Part shown: positions 1-9,171 of the stretch, in pieces
How positions within the stretch are numbered: position 1 is the stretch's first letter
How the letters are laid out: each line of letters starts with the position of its first letter
Source: a virus
Virus record (IMG/VR): IMGVR_UViG_3300023301_001182
Coordinates: 1-64,000 of that record
Length of the DNA stretch: 64,000 bases
Direction: 5' to 3' (one strand)
Notes under the pieces: model-generated
The model's database searches: none
What the model was told of the DNA's origin: nothing
Seen by the model: the letters and a program-made list of their open reading frames with translations, nothing else
Position numbers and translations under genes: made by a program

Positions 1-1
1 A

Positions 2-295
2 GCAACATCATTCTTTGAAGGTTCATTAAGAAAACTTAAAAAGAATATATTACCATTCAAACAGTCAGGTTTAGATATTATCAATTCTTTAGATATTGTA
101 ACATACGATATGAAGAAGGGTGATATCACAGATAAGATAGGTATTATAATAGATGAGTCACCTAAAGAGGTTGCTAATAAAGAACAGGATGCAGTAGATT
201 TATACAAAACTATATTTGTACAGGCTAAAGCAATACAAGAACTGTCTGAGATGATAGATAAATTAAATGAAAGATTAATTAAAGTAGGATTATAA
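2..295 (+). CDS. C-terminal fragment of a tail fibre/spike with intramolecular chaperone (peptidase S74) domain; 5'-truncated
   Basis: Frame is open from position 2: ATSFFEGSLRKLKKNILPFKQSGLDIINSLDIVTYD...AVDLYKTIFVQAKAIQEL. This resembles the S-D-x-R-L-K-x-N-I start and the KAIQEL coiled-coil end of S74 chaperones. Confidence 0.75.
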   Translation, partial: ATSFFEGSLRKLKKNILPFKQSGLDIINSLDIVTYDMKKGDITDKIGIIIDESPKEVANKEQDAVDLYKTIFVQAKAIQELSEMIDKLNERLIKVGL

Positions 296-1695
296 TGAGA
301 GCAAATGGACATATGATTACCTACGATGATGCTAACTACATGATTGAATTTGAAGGATTCACTTTGTTAGGCACATTAGATAATGGTGATAGAGTTCTTA
401 CTCGTTCTGTAATAGACACATATATGAATGCAGATAGTTCTTTATATTCTGCCTATGCTTCTAATAGATTAGTACCTTATCAGTTATTAGCTCCTGCTGT
501 AGATTGTACATTACCTATAATTTCAGTTGAGACTTATACCTATGGTGCTAATCCTACTGTTCCAGGTAGCCCTACATTTTCATTATCCACTACTTCAAGT
601 TATAGAGTTAATTTTATAGGTTCTACAGATGATGATGGTATACAACGATATGAAGTCTCTAAAAATGGAGGAGCTGCTATATCAACAGGATTAAATTTAT
701 TTTATAATAATACAGACTCATCGGGTATAACAGCTACTTGGAAAGTACGAGCAGTAGATAACTTAAATAATGTAAGTGCTTGGAGTAGTATTTCATCTTG
801 GGCAACGGTACCAGCAGCGCCAGTATTGACTTTTGATGGTAAATTAACAGATGCAATTAATCTTAGTAGAAATTCAGTTGTAGGAGGTTCTAGTTATTGG
901 CTTACAACATCAGGACAAGTAACAGATTATTATACAGTAACAGGGACTCCATTTACCATTAGTAATTTGTCTTCTGGAACTTATAATTTTAGAATTCAAG
1001 CTAAAGGAGCTTTTGGATTATTATCAGCATATAGTAATACTATAACAGAAACTATAGCAGTATCTATTATCATGCCTAGTTATAAATCACAGGCTGCTGT
1101 AGTTAATAGTACGGGTATAATTATAAATGTATTAATTCCTTTTGGTATTAATGTAAATGATACATTAATCATGAGGGTTCAAGTTAATGGTAATATAGAG
1201 CTTGTAACACCTACTGGGTGGACTCGGATGTCTGTTTGGAACACTGTAAATGGGTATATTTTTTATACCTATTTAAGAAGAGCTGATGGCACAGAGGGAG
1301 GTAGTGTAGCAATACAGAATCAAAATTCATCATCTTTTACTAGTCTAGGTCATATGATTTTATTTCAAGATGTTAATACTGTAGGGCTTTCTACTGAGGG
1401 ATCAGCACAAAATACATCAACAGGAAGTGGATTATCACTTTTGAACACTAATGCTACTCAAGGAGCTCAAAGACTTGCAGTAGGTTTTGGAGCCCATGCT
1501 TCAAGTAACCTCAATAGCACAACTCTTAATGGCTGGACTCAAAGGTCTAACTCAGGTAACGGCAATATTGGGATAATACTGTGTCATACATATCCTATGC
1601 CAACTGCGGGTACAACGACCCCAGCAGGAAGCTTATCGTTTAATGCTAGTACATACGGAGATGAAATAATGTTCTATTTAATTCCAAATCCTTGA
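295..1695 (+). CDS. Virion structural/receptor-binding protein with fibronectin type III-like repeats
   Basis: 466 aa, rich in S/T/G. FN3-like signatures WKVRAVDNLNNVSAWS and LSSGTYNFRIQA. Tail-gene context. Confidence 0.6.
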   Translation: MRANGHMITYDDANYMIEFEGFTLLGTLDNGDRVLTRSVIDTYMNADSSLYSAYASNRLVPYQLLAPAVDCTLPIISVETYTYGANPTVPGSPTFSLSTTSSYRVNFIGSTDDDGIQRYEVSKNGGAAISTGLNLFYNNTDSSGITATWKVRAVDNLNNVSAWSSISSWATVPAAPVLTFDGKLTDAINLSRNSVVGGSSYWLTTSGQVTDYYTVTGTPFTISNLSSGTYNFRIQAKGAFGLLSAYSNTITETIAVSIIMPSYKSQAAVVNSTGIIINVLIPFGINVNDTLIMRVQVNGNIELVTPTGWTRMSVWNTVNGYIFYTYLRRADGTEGGSVAIQNQNSSSFTSLGHMILFQDVNTVGLSTEGSAQNTSTGSGLSLLNTNATQGAQRLAVGFGAHASSNLNSTTLNGWTQRSNSGNGNIGIILCHTYPMPTAGTTTPAGSLSFNASTYGDEIMFYLIPNP

Positions 1696-1700
1696 TAATT

Positions 1701-2972
1701 ATGGCAAATAAATTAATAACAATAACAAAGACAAACTCAGGAGGAGATTCAGATAACTTTGATGTTTTCTGTACCTCTGAAAGCCCTGATGTGTTGTTGG
1801 CAAGCGGTGTATCAAGAGTGGATTTAGAAGCTGGAGTTGATTACATAGTCCCTGCATTTTATACTTCATTCTCTGTAGTAAGTACAGGTGTTTGTACAGG
1901 TACTTCTACTACTACTCCTGACCCTCAAGATATAACTGCACCAACTATACCAACACTATATCAACCCTCTATTGAAGATGGTATAATTAATGTTAATTGG
2001 ACTGCGAGCACAGATTCAGAGAGTGAATTAAGATATTATAAATTATATGAGAAAGTAGGTGCAACTGCCTTTGCATTAGTTTATACAGGAGCATCATTAT
2101 CATTTACTAGGAATCCTGCTACAAACGGAACATCTTATCAATATTATATTACAGCAGAAGATTATGCAGACAATGTTTCAGCAGCTTCAACAACACAATC
2201 AGTAACACCAGAAGCACCAGCAGATGTACTTCAATCTGTTGATTTAGGTAATCCTTACAGTACTGCACAGTTAGCATATGATACTGCAACATCATATACT
2301 ACATATTATCATGATGGTCCACAGACATATCCAAATACATTTGATTATGTATATACTTCCTCTACTGGTACTACAACTTTAACTGGTGGTGGAAATTGGT
2401 ATAAAATTGAAAATACAGATTATGTTATACAAATAGATAATAATGGTTTTGTATTTAACCGATATGACATGAGTCAAACATTATCTATTACACCATCATC
2501 TACCACAGTTAGTGATACAGCAGGAAGCTTTACCGCAACCATTACTTCAAATACAGACTGGATATTATCAGAAGGTTTATCATGGGTATCAATCACAGGA
2601 GCATCGGGAGTTGGAAATGATACCTTTACAGTATCATACACTGCTAATACTGGTGCTGAAAGGTCTGGAACTATTACTGTGAGAACTGGTGATTATGCAT
2701 TCCAAGATACTATAATTCTAACACAAGAAGCTGTGGCTGGTACAGTTTACTCTCACCTTTTAGGTGAGGACTCTTCATCATCAACTGCTTGTAGTGCTAC
2801 TCAACAGACATATTATGCAGATAGTTCAAATTTCGCTACTGCAACTGCATTATATACAGATAGTGCTGGTGCAACGTTTGCAGGGATAGGGTATTATTCT
2901 GATGGTGAATCATGGAGATATTGGAGCGCTAGGGATAATGCGTTCACGGCTGATGGTTTCTGTAGTTTTTAA
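1701..2972 (+). CDS. Structural protein with FN3 and BACON domains
   Basis: ATG at 1701 preferred over TTG at 1692. FN3 segment DITAPTIP..VNWTASTD..YQYYITAEDYADN. BACON-like segment TLSITPSS..ITSNTDW..SWVSIT..GVGNDT..ANTGAERSGTITV. Confidence 0.7.
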   Translation: MANKLITITKTNSGGDSDNFDVFCTSESPDVLLASGVSRVDLEAGVDYIVPAFYTSFSVVSTGVCTGTSTTTPDPQDITAPTIPTLYQPSIEDGIINVNWTASTDSESELRYYKLYEKVGATAFALVYTGASLSFTRNPATNGTSYQYYITAEDYADNVSAASTTQSVTPEAPADVLQSVDLGNPYSTAQLAYDTATSYTTYYHDGPQTYPNTFDYVYTSSTGTTTLTGGGNWYKIENTDYVIQIDNNGFVFNRYDMSQTLSITPSSTTVSDTAGSFTATITSNTDWILSEGLSWVSITGASGVGNDTFTVSYTANTGAERSGTITVRTGDYAFQDTIILTQEAVAGTVYSHLLGEDSSSSTACSATQQTYYADSSNFATATALYTDSAGATFAGIGYYSDGESWRYWSARDNAFTADGFCSF

Positions 2973-3097
2973 CTAAAATAAAGATAATATGAAATACTTA
3001 GAGACAAGGAAACGATACTCTTTCTTTAAATATTTTTAACGTAACTTTACATCGAGGAAATAAATACAATATAAATGATATATAAATCTACAACTAA

Positions 3098-3412
3098 ATG
3101 AAACAACAAATGCAATATTATATAATAGCGGGTGCATTTCTATTCCTAACAGCAATAGGTAGAACGCTAGATAAACTAAGTAAAGGAGAAATATCAGGAA
3201 AATTAGCATTTACAGTTTCATTTCTTTTTTCAATAATAGGTGGTATAATAGCTGGAATGATAGCAAGTGTATATATAGAAACTATACAGCTACAATGGAT
3301 TTTTATTGCCGCAGGTGCTTGGATGGGGGAGAGAGTACTTGATGTAGTTGCTGATGCATTAGAAGATAAGATTACTTTAATATTTAAAAAACAAAATAAA
3401 GATGAAAAATAA
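3098..3412 (+). CDS. Putative holin
   Basis: 104 aa with three hydrophobic segments and a charged C-terminus; upstream of the endolysin. Confidence 0.65.
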   Translation: MKQQMQYYIIAGAFLFLTAIGRTLDKLSKGEISGKLAFTVSFLFSIIGGIIAGMIASVYIETIQLQWIFIAAGAWMGERVLDVVADALEDKITLIFKKQNKDEK

Positions 3413-3761
3413 ACTAATTATTGTAGGATTTATAATAGTTCTACTAACCCTTGCAACATTAGGTATTGTAAAAAGTAGAAAGACAATGAGTGTTATGAAG
3501 GAAAGAACTGACCCAGAGACATTAGATAGTATTATACAACAAAAAGTTGATTACAGCTATATGAGTTATGATACTCATTTTATGTATAATAACTTAGTTA
3601 TTATTGATTCTAGTAACACCATTATAGGTAGATTGATTTTATATACAAATGATAAGGAAATTGATAGTTTTTATAACTCAAGTAAAGATTGGGAAAAAAC
3701 TCGATTATACCATAATTTGAAAAATGGAACATTACGAATTTTAGATAAACCTAACAACTAA
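3402..3761 (+). CDS. Membrane-anchored protein in lysis cassette
   Basis: Single N-terminal TM segment; lies between holin and amidase and overlaps both. Confidence 0.45.
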   Translation: MKNKLIIVGFIIVLLTLATLGIVKSRKTMSVMKERTDPETLDSIIQQKVDYSYMSYDTHFMYNNLVIIDSSNTIIGRLILYTNDKEIDSFYNSSKDWEKTRLYHNLKNGTLRILDKPNN

Positions 3762-4198
3762 TGAGAACTATAACACAAATAGTAGTACACGCATCAGCAA
3801 CTCCTAAAGGAGAGCATTTCGATGTTGAAGATATTCGTGCTTGGCATAAAGCAAAGGGGTGGTCTGATATAGGCTATCATTTTGTTATCTTACTTAACGG
3901 GACTATTCAGTACGGAAGGGACATAAATACTATAGGTGCTCACGTATTAGGTCATAATACTAACAGCGTAGGGATATGTTATATTGGTGGTAAATATGGA
4001 GAGGATACTAGAACAATCCTACAAAAAGTAAGTTTAGTTTACTTGATAGGAACATTAAAAAGACTTTACCCAGCTGCTGAGGTTTTAGGGCATAGGGATT
4101 TTAGCCCTGATTTAGATGGAGATGGTACAATAGAACCACACGAATGGATGAAACTATGTCCTTCATTCGATGCTAAAAACGCTTATAAAAACCTTTAA
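3761..4198 (+). CDS. Endolysin, N-acetylmuramoyl-L-alanine amidase (Amidase_2, T7 lysozyme-like)
   Basis: Motifs IVVHASAT, GWSDIGYHF, GAHVLGHN, SVGICYIGG, GHRD...K.CPSF supply the Zn ligands H/H/C. Confidence 0.92.
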   Translation: MRTITQIVVHASATPKGEHFDVEDIRAWHKAKGWSDIGYHFVILLNGTIQYGRDINTIGAHVLGHNTNSVGICYIGGKYGEDTRTILQKVSLVYLIGTLKRLYPAAEVLGHRDFSPDLDGDGTIEPHEWMKLCPSFDAKNAYKNL

Positions 4199-4200
4199 TC

Positions 4201-4836
4201 ATGATAACTACGATAGTAACTTCAATAGTAACTTTTTTTACAAGTATTAATTGGACAAAGTTTAAGATTTCTCTTCTATTAAATATAGCATTAGTAGGAG
4301 CTATATTCTTTTTGTTAAAAAAACCTGATCAAGATCCTATAATTAAAATAGTAACTAAAACTATAACTATCCCAGGGAAAGATGGTAAATTAGATACTAT
4401 TTATATGCCTCAACCTCATTATGTAACAAATCCAGTTAATAGTAAATTAGTAGAGGAATATGATGCGTTAAGAGACTCATTAGGTAAAAAGCAGGCTTAT
4501 ATAGATGCAATAACCCAAAGAGAGTATAATGAGGTATATGAGGATTCTTTAGTTAAAATAGATGTTTATACCAAAGTACAGGGAAAGATGCTTAAACAAG
4601 CTCCTAAGTACTATGTGAAGCCTGTTACTGTAACTTATACAGATACAATTAAGATTCCTGCACCTAAATTAAGAAATAAATTACTGACTGGTATTGAAAT
4701 TGGAGCACCTATTAAATTAGATAGTAACCCCATATTTAAAGGCAATATCCTACTACAGAATAAAAAAGATAATATATTATCTGTTGGTTATGATAGTAAT
4801 AACTATGGTTGGATAGGTTATATTATATCCTTCTAA
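4201..4836 (+). CDS. Membrane-anchored lysis accessory (spanin-like) protein
   Basis: N-terminal TM segment, short helical region, beta-rich C-terminus ending in aromatic F; directly after the endolysin. Confidence 0.4.
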   Translation: MITTIVTSIVTFFTSINWTKFKISLLLNIALVGAIFFLLKKPDQDPIIKIVTKTITIPGKDGKLDTIYMPQPHYVTNPVNSKLVEEYDALRDSLGKKQAYIDAITQREYNEVYEDSLVKIDVYTKVQGKMLKQAPKYYVKPVTVTYTDTIKIPAPKLRNKLLTGIEIGAPIKLDSNPIFKGNILLQNKKDNILSVGYDSNNYGWIGYIISF

Positions 4837-4867
4837 TAAAAATAATTACAAATTAATAGTAGAATTA

Positions 4868-4899
4868 TTAGGATATATCAATAATATTTTGTACCTTTG
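4868..4899 (+). promoter_or_regulatory. Bacteroidota primary-sigma-type promoter
   Basis: TTAG(4868-4871)-N20-TACCTTTG(4892-4899), matching the -33/-7 consensus TTTG..TAnnTTTG. Confidence 0.7.
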
Positions 4900-4923
4900 T
4901 AGTTATAATATAAAATATAAAAT

Positions 4924-5841
4924 ATGATAGTAATGGAATTGAATGAAATTAAAGATTTCTTGAGATTAAAAAGTGGGTATATGAAGGAGGGGTCTAAGAG
5001 ATTAAAAAATCATTTATATAACAAAGGTTATAATACAACAATAAGAGATTGTAAATTAGCATTAAGAGATTGTAGAAGAGAATTAATAACTAAAGACTTA
5101 GATGTTAAGTCATCTAATGATATATTTGCAGAAGCTTTCTTAAATAATGTTAAAATAAAAGAAGACCTACCTAGAATTATAAACATAAAAAATAAGAAAA
5201 ATGTACTTATAATTGGTGATTTACATTTACCATTTTCTTTAGATGGATATTTAGAACATTGTATTAATACTTATAAAAAATATAATTGTAATGAAGTTAT
5301 ATTTATTGGTGATATTATAGATAACCATGCTAGTTCATATCATGAAACAAATCCTGATGGTTTAAATGCAGGACAAGAATTAGCTAAAGCAATTAAAGAA
5401 GTATTAAAATGGTATAAAGCTTTTCCTAAAGCTAGTATAATCATAGGAAATCACGATAGAATTATAATGAGAAAAGCTTTTTCAAGTGGATTATCAAGAC
5501 ATTGGATTAGAGATTATAATGAAGTATTAAACACACCAGACTGGAATTTTATAGAATCTATTGAAATAGATGATGTTAAATATATTCATGGTGAAGGTGG
5601 TACAGCAAAATCGAGAGTAAAAGGTGATTTACAATCTGTAGTACAAGGTCATTTACATACACAATGTTATGTAGAATGGTTTGTAGGTAATAAATTTAAA
5701 TTATTTAGTATGCAAGTAGGTTGTGGAATAGATCATAAGTCTTATGCTATGGCATATGCAAAAGAAAATAAAAAACCAGCTATAGCATGTGGAGTAGTAT
5801 TAGAAGGTATTACTGCTATAAATGTTATGATGGATTTATAA
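4924..5841 (+). CDS. Calcineurin-like metallophosphoesterase
   Basis: GDLH, GDIID, GNHD, HG and GHLH motifs. Confidence 0.9.
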   Translation: MIVMELNEIKDFLRLKSGYMKEGSKRLKNHLYNKGYNTTIRDCKLALRDCRRELITKDLDVKSSNDIFAEAFLNNVKIKEDLPRIINIKNKKNVLIIGDLHLPFSLDGYLEHCINTYKKYNCNEVIFIGDIIDNHASSYHETNPDGLNAGQELAKAIKEVLKWYKAFPKASIIIGNHDRIIMRKAFSSGLSRHWIRDYNEVLNTPDWNFIESIEIDDVKYIHGEGGTAKSRVKGDLQSVVQGHLHTQCYVEWFVGNKFKLFSMQVGCGIDHKSYAMAYAKENKKPAIACGVVLEGITAINVMMDL

Positions 5842-5856
5842 TATATATAATTTATA

Positions 5857-6489
5857 ATGAATAATACATATGTATACCTACATAGACGTTTAGATAATAA
5901 TCAAGTGTTCTATGTAGGTATTGGTAGTAAATACAGAGCTTATAATTCAAAACAACGAACTTTATTCTGGAAAAGAATTGTAAATAAATATGGATATAAA
6001 GTAGAATTATTATATGATAAATTAAATTTTAAAGATGCTATAAAAATAGAAATAGAATTAATAGCAAAATATGGTAGAAGAGATTTAGGTACAGGATATT
6101 TATGTAATATGACAGATGGTGGTGAAGGTACTTTAGGTAGAATTATATCTGAAAATCATAGAAAAATTCTTAAAAATAGTAATATTGGAAAAAAAGCAAA
6201 TAAAGAAACTATAGAAAAACTTAGAACATCTCATCTAGGATTAGTATTGACTAAAGAATCTATTGATAAAAGGACTCTTACTATGATAGATTCTGATAAA
6301 TATAAGAAAGGGACTAGTAAATATAAAGGTGTATCTTGGTGTAAGAAAAAACTAAAATGGAGAGCAACTATTCATATGAATAATAAATGTCAACATTTAG
6401 GTTACTTTGACGAAGAAGATGACGCATATAATAAATATAAAGAAGTCTTAGATATAAAAAAGAATAATTTAATTGAAATATTAAAGTAA
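5857..6489 (+). CDS. Free-standing GIY-YIG-like homing endonuclease with NUMOD3-like and AP2 DNA-binding regions
   Basis: YVYLHRR..VFYVGIG..R, E..LI..YGR, LCNMTDGGEG; C-terminal AP2-like SKYKGVSW..KWRATI..HLGYF. Confidence 0.8.
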   Translation: MNNTYVYLHRRLDNNQVFYVGIGSKYRAYNSKQRTLFWKRIVNKYGYKVELLYDKLNFKDAIKIEIELIAKYGRRDLGTGYLCNMTDGGEGTLGRIISENHRKILKNSNIGKKANKETIEKLRTSHLGLVLTKESIDKRTLTMIDSDKYKKGTSKYKGVSWCKKKLKWRATIHMNNKCQHLGYFDEEDDAYNKYKEVLDIKKNNLIEILK

Positions 6490-7175
6490 TGGCAAAGTTT
6501 GAAGAATTAGCATATGATATACGTGAAGCTGTAAAAGCATTCTCAGATGACACAGAGTTAGATAATAGGTATATTTTATATTTATATAATATAAAACGTG
6601 CTAAGTATCTAAAGCAAGACTTAAATAACTACCAAAAAACTATAGATAATTCTATTAAACAAACTTTTTGTTTAGATTTAGAAGTAGTATCTGCCAATGA
6701 ATGTAGTCTAGATTATGATTGTGGTACTATATTAAGAAGTACTAAGAAGATTCCTACACCTATAGAAATGCACACTAAAGTAGCTATTACAAGCATTAAA
6801 CCATCTAATAAGATAAGTACACCATTTAACTTTATTAGTAAAGATAAAGCAGCTTATGTAGCTAATGCACCATATGCTAGATCTTTATATGCTTTTCTAG
6901 ATACTGATGGGTATATTTATGTCTATAGTGGATCAGAATCTTATCAATTATTAGATTGCATTAGTGTAACAGGAGTATTTGAAGACCCTATTAGTTTGAA
7001 GGATTATGCTACTTGTTGTGGATGTGACCCAGATACTAATAGTTGTTTTGATATTGATACTTTTAATTACCCTCTACAGCCTAATTATATTGATTTAATT
7101 AGAGAAGAAATTGTTAGAGAAGTATTAAGAAAAATACAAGTACCAGAAGATAAAATAAATGATAGTACAGATTAA
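6489..7175 (+). CDS. crAss-like virion ring/structural protein
   Basis: Position before the HU-like and tail-tube genes; ends ..GVFEDP..YPL.., as recalled for crAss-like ring proteins. Confidence 0.55.
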   Translation: MAKFEELAYDIREAVKAFSDDTELDNRYILYLYNIKRAKYLKQDLNNYQKTIDNSIKQTFCLDLEVVSANECSLDYDCGTILRSTKKIPTPIEMHTKVAITSIKPSNKISTPFNFISKDKAAYVANAPYARSLYAFLDTDGYIYVYSGSESYQLLDCISVTGVFEDPISLKDYATCCGCDPDTNSCFDIDTFNYPLQPNYIDLIREEIVREVLRKIQVPEDKINDSTD

Positions 7176-7684
7176 TGAAAGAAAGAATACATAAAAATAA
7201 AAGTGATTATGGTATATCTGACTATTATAAATTCTATTTTAATATTAAAGATATAGATAAGAAGTTATATAATACTATTATTACAGACTTTAATAAAGAA
7301 ATTGTCAATCTTATTATAGAAGATAATCTAATTTATTATATACCATATCTAGGTTTTGAAATTATAATTAAGAAAGATAAGAGAAGACCTAAAATAGTAG
7401 ATGGTAAACTAATAAATAATATACCTATAGATTGGAAGGAAACAAATCTTTTATGGGGCAGAGATGTGGAAGCTAAAGAAAAAAAGTTACTAGTAAGATA
7501 TAATAATTCACATAGTTCTGGATATGTATTTAGAATATACTTTAAAAAATTTAAGACTAATATAAAAAATAGGAATCTTTTTAGATTCAAACCAAATAGA
7601 ACATTTCAAAGGGCTTTAAGTGCAAGGATAAAAGATCCTGATAAAGATAACTTTGATGCTTTTTTACTTTATAAAACTAAATAA
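7175..7684 (+). CDS. HU/IHF-like DNA-binding protein (crAss-like)
   Basis: Basic protein with a helix followed by IPYLGFEIIIKK (HU-like strand pattern); conserved position before the tail tubular gene. Confidence 0.6.
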   Translation: MKERIHKNKSDYGISDYYKFYFNIKDIDKKLYNTIITDFNKEIVNLIIEDNLIYYIPYLGFEIIIKKDKRRPKIVDGKLINNIPIDWKETNLLWGRDVEAKEKKLLVRYNNSHSSGYVFRIYFKKFKTNIKNRNLFRFKPNRTFQRALSARIKDPDKDNFDAFLLYKTK

Positions 7685-7686
7685 TC

Positions 7687-8415
7687 ATGTACAACGGTAT
7701 AACCATCTCATTAAAAACAATATTATGGAAAGTATTAAGATTTCCATTAGCTGCAGAATTAACTTATGAAGAAGCAGCAGAGCATGCTGTAGAAGCACTT
7801 AGGTTATTAGGAGCTCCTTTATCTCTTGTAGATGAAGTTACTAACCCTCCTTTACAAATAGTTAATCATAAAGCAGCTTTACCTTCTAATCTATTACAAA
7901 TTAGAGGGATTAGACTTATAAATAATACAGAAAATTATGATAATGGAGGAATAGCATTAAGATATGCTACTGATATATATCATCAAAATGGTAGTTGTGA
8001 TATTGATGGTAATGAATCCCCTTATGAATATACATATACTGTACAAAAAGGTATTATATTTACATCTGTACCTGATGGTTATGTGCAAGTAAGTTATAAG
8101 GCTTTACCTGTAGATGAAGAAGGTTATCCATTAATACCAGATGATGCTAAAACTATAATGGCTATGGAGTATTATATTCTACATAGATATTTAGAACCTT
8201 TATGGATAATGGGTAAGATTACAGATAAAGCATTTAATTATGTTGACCAAAAAAGAAGCTTCTATATGGGTGGAGCAGGCACTTCATTACAGTTAAGAGG
8301 TACAGATCACTTTGAAAGTATAATGAATACTATAAATAGATTGATTATAAATGATGGTGCATTTAAAGCCTTTTATAAAGGTACGGGAGAGCAGGAACGT
8401 ATTAAAAGATATTAA
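7687..8415 (+). CDS. Tail tubular (ring) protein, P22 gp4-like
   Basis: Motifs AALPSNL and SYKALPVDEEGYPLIPDD; synteny with crAss-like tail genes. Confidence 0.7.
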   Translation: MYNGITISLKTILWKVLRFPLAAELTYEEAAEHAVEALRLLGAPLSLVDEVTNPPLQIVNHKAALPSNLLQIRGIRLINNTENYDNGGIALRYATDIYHQNGSCDIDGNESPYEYTYTVQKGIIFTSVPDGYVQVSYKALPVDEEGYPLIPDDAKTIMAMEYYILHRYLEPLWIMGKITDKAFNYVDQKRSFYMGGAGTSLQLRGTDHFESIMNTINRLIINDGAFKAFYKGTGEQERIKRY

Positions 8416-8417
8416 TA

Positions 8418-9164
8418 ATGAATAAACAAGTTAAATATACTTACGAGGGAGCTAATCAAGATATTACTAAAAGTAAACATCCTTTTCAATTCTATTTTGA
8501 AGGACAGCATATTAAAATATTAGCTACTGATACACAATCTACTGGTTCTGTTACTAATGAAAAAGGTAATGAATTAGTAATTACACTTCCAACTATAAGA
8601 ATTATTGGTAAGCAGGACATACCAATCCAAGCTACAGATGAATCTATAAATGTAATATCTGGGACTAATATTACTATACCTATACTAAATAATGATATAT
8701 TTTTATATCCTGTTACTATTACAATAATATCTCAGCCAACTAAGGGAACTGTAGTAATTAATAATACTAATACTATAACTTATACTAATACTAACAATAC
8801 AATAGGAATAGATAATATTACATACCAAATAGATGATGGTACTACTACTGATACAGCTACTGTTACAATCACTATAAGAGAAACTAAAATTCCTACTAAA
8901 ATTGATGATGAACTTATTATATTAAATAATTTTGATGGGCAATTTTATTATTATAGATTTAAACCATGTGATGTGTCAAGACCATTAATAAATGCTAAAA
9001 GTGTTAAAAGAATCTCAGATTATGATGTATATCCAATATTACAACAGTGGGGTGTAGGCTTGGAAGGAAAGGTAGCATTTAGAATTGAACCAATATCAAC
9101 ACACTATAATATTGGTTATAAACTTGGTACAACTTGTCCATCAAGTACAATTGTTAAATTATAA
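8418..9164 (+). CDS. N-terminal fragment of the muzzle/tail-stabilization protein fused to an Ig-like (cadherin/Big_9-like) domain
   Basis: First ~60 aa (TYEGANQDITKSK..YFEGQHIKI..GSVTNEKGN) resemble crAss-like muzzle N-termini. Followed by ATDE..IPILNND..SQPTKGTV..ITYT..DNITYQIDDG..TATVTI. Confidence 0.6.
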   Translation: MNKQVKYTYEGANQDITKSKHPFQFYFEGQHIKILATDTQSTGSVTNEKGNELVITLPTIRIIGKQDIPIQATDESINVISGTNITIPILNNDIFLYPVTITIISQPTKGTVVINNTNTITYTNTNNTIGIDNITYQIDDGTTTDTATVTITIRETKIPTKIDDELIILNNFDGQFYYYRFKPCDVSRPLINAKSVKRISDYDVYPILQQWGVGLEGKVAFRIEPISTHYNIGYKLGTTCPSSTIVKL

Positions 9165-9171
9165 ATAAATT

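Noticed and set aside
1-3000. Diversity-generating retroelement targeting tail genes
   Set aside because: No reverse transcriptase and no TR/VR repeat pair seen in this window.
3020-3050. Promoter upstream of the holin (TAACTTTA)
   Set aside because: Mismatch in the -7 element and no -33 TTTG/TTAG at 20-nt spacing.
8600-9171. Intron or frameshift joining the two muzzle ORFs
   Set aside because: No ribozyme core motifs or obvious slippery site; the insert encodes a coherent Ig-like domain and the second ORF has its own ATG.
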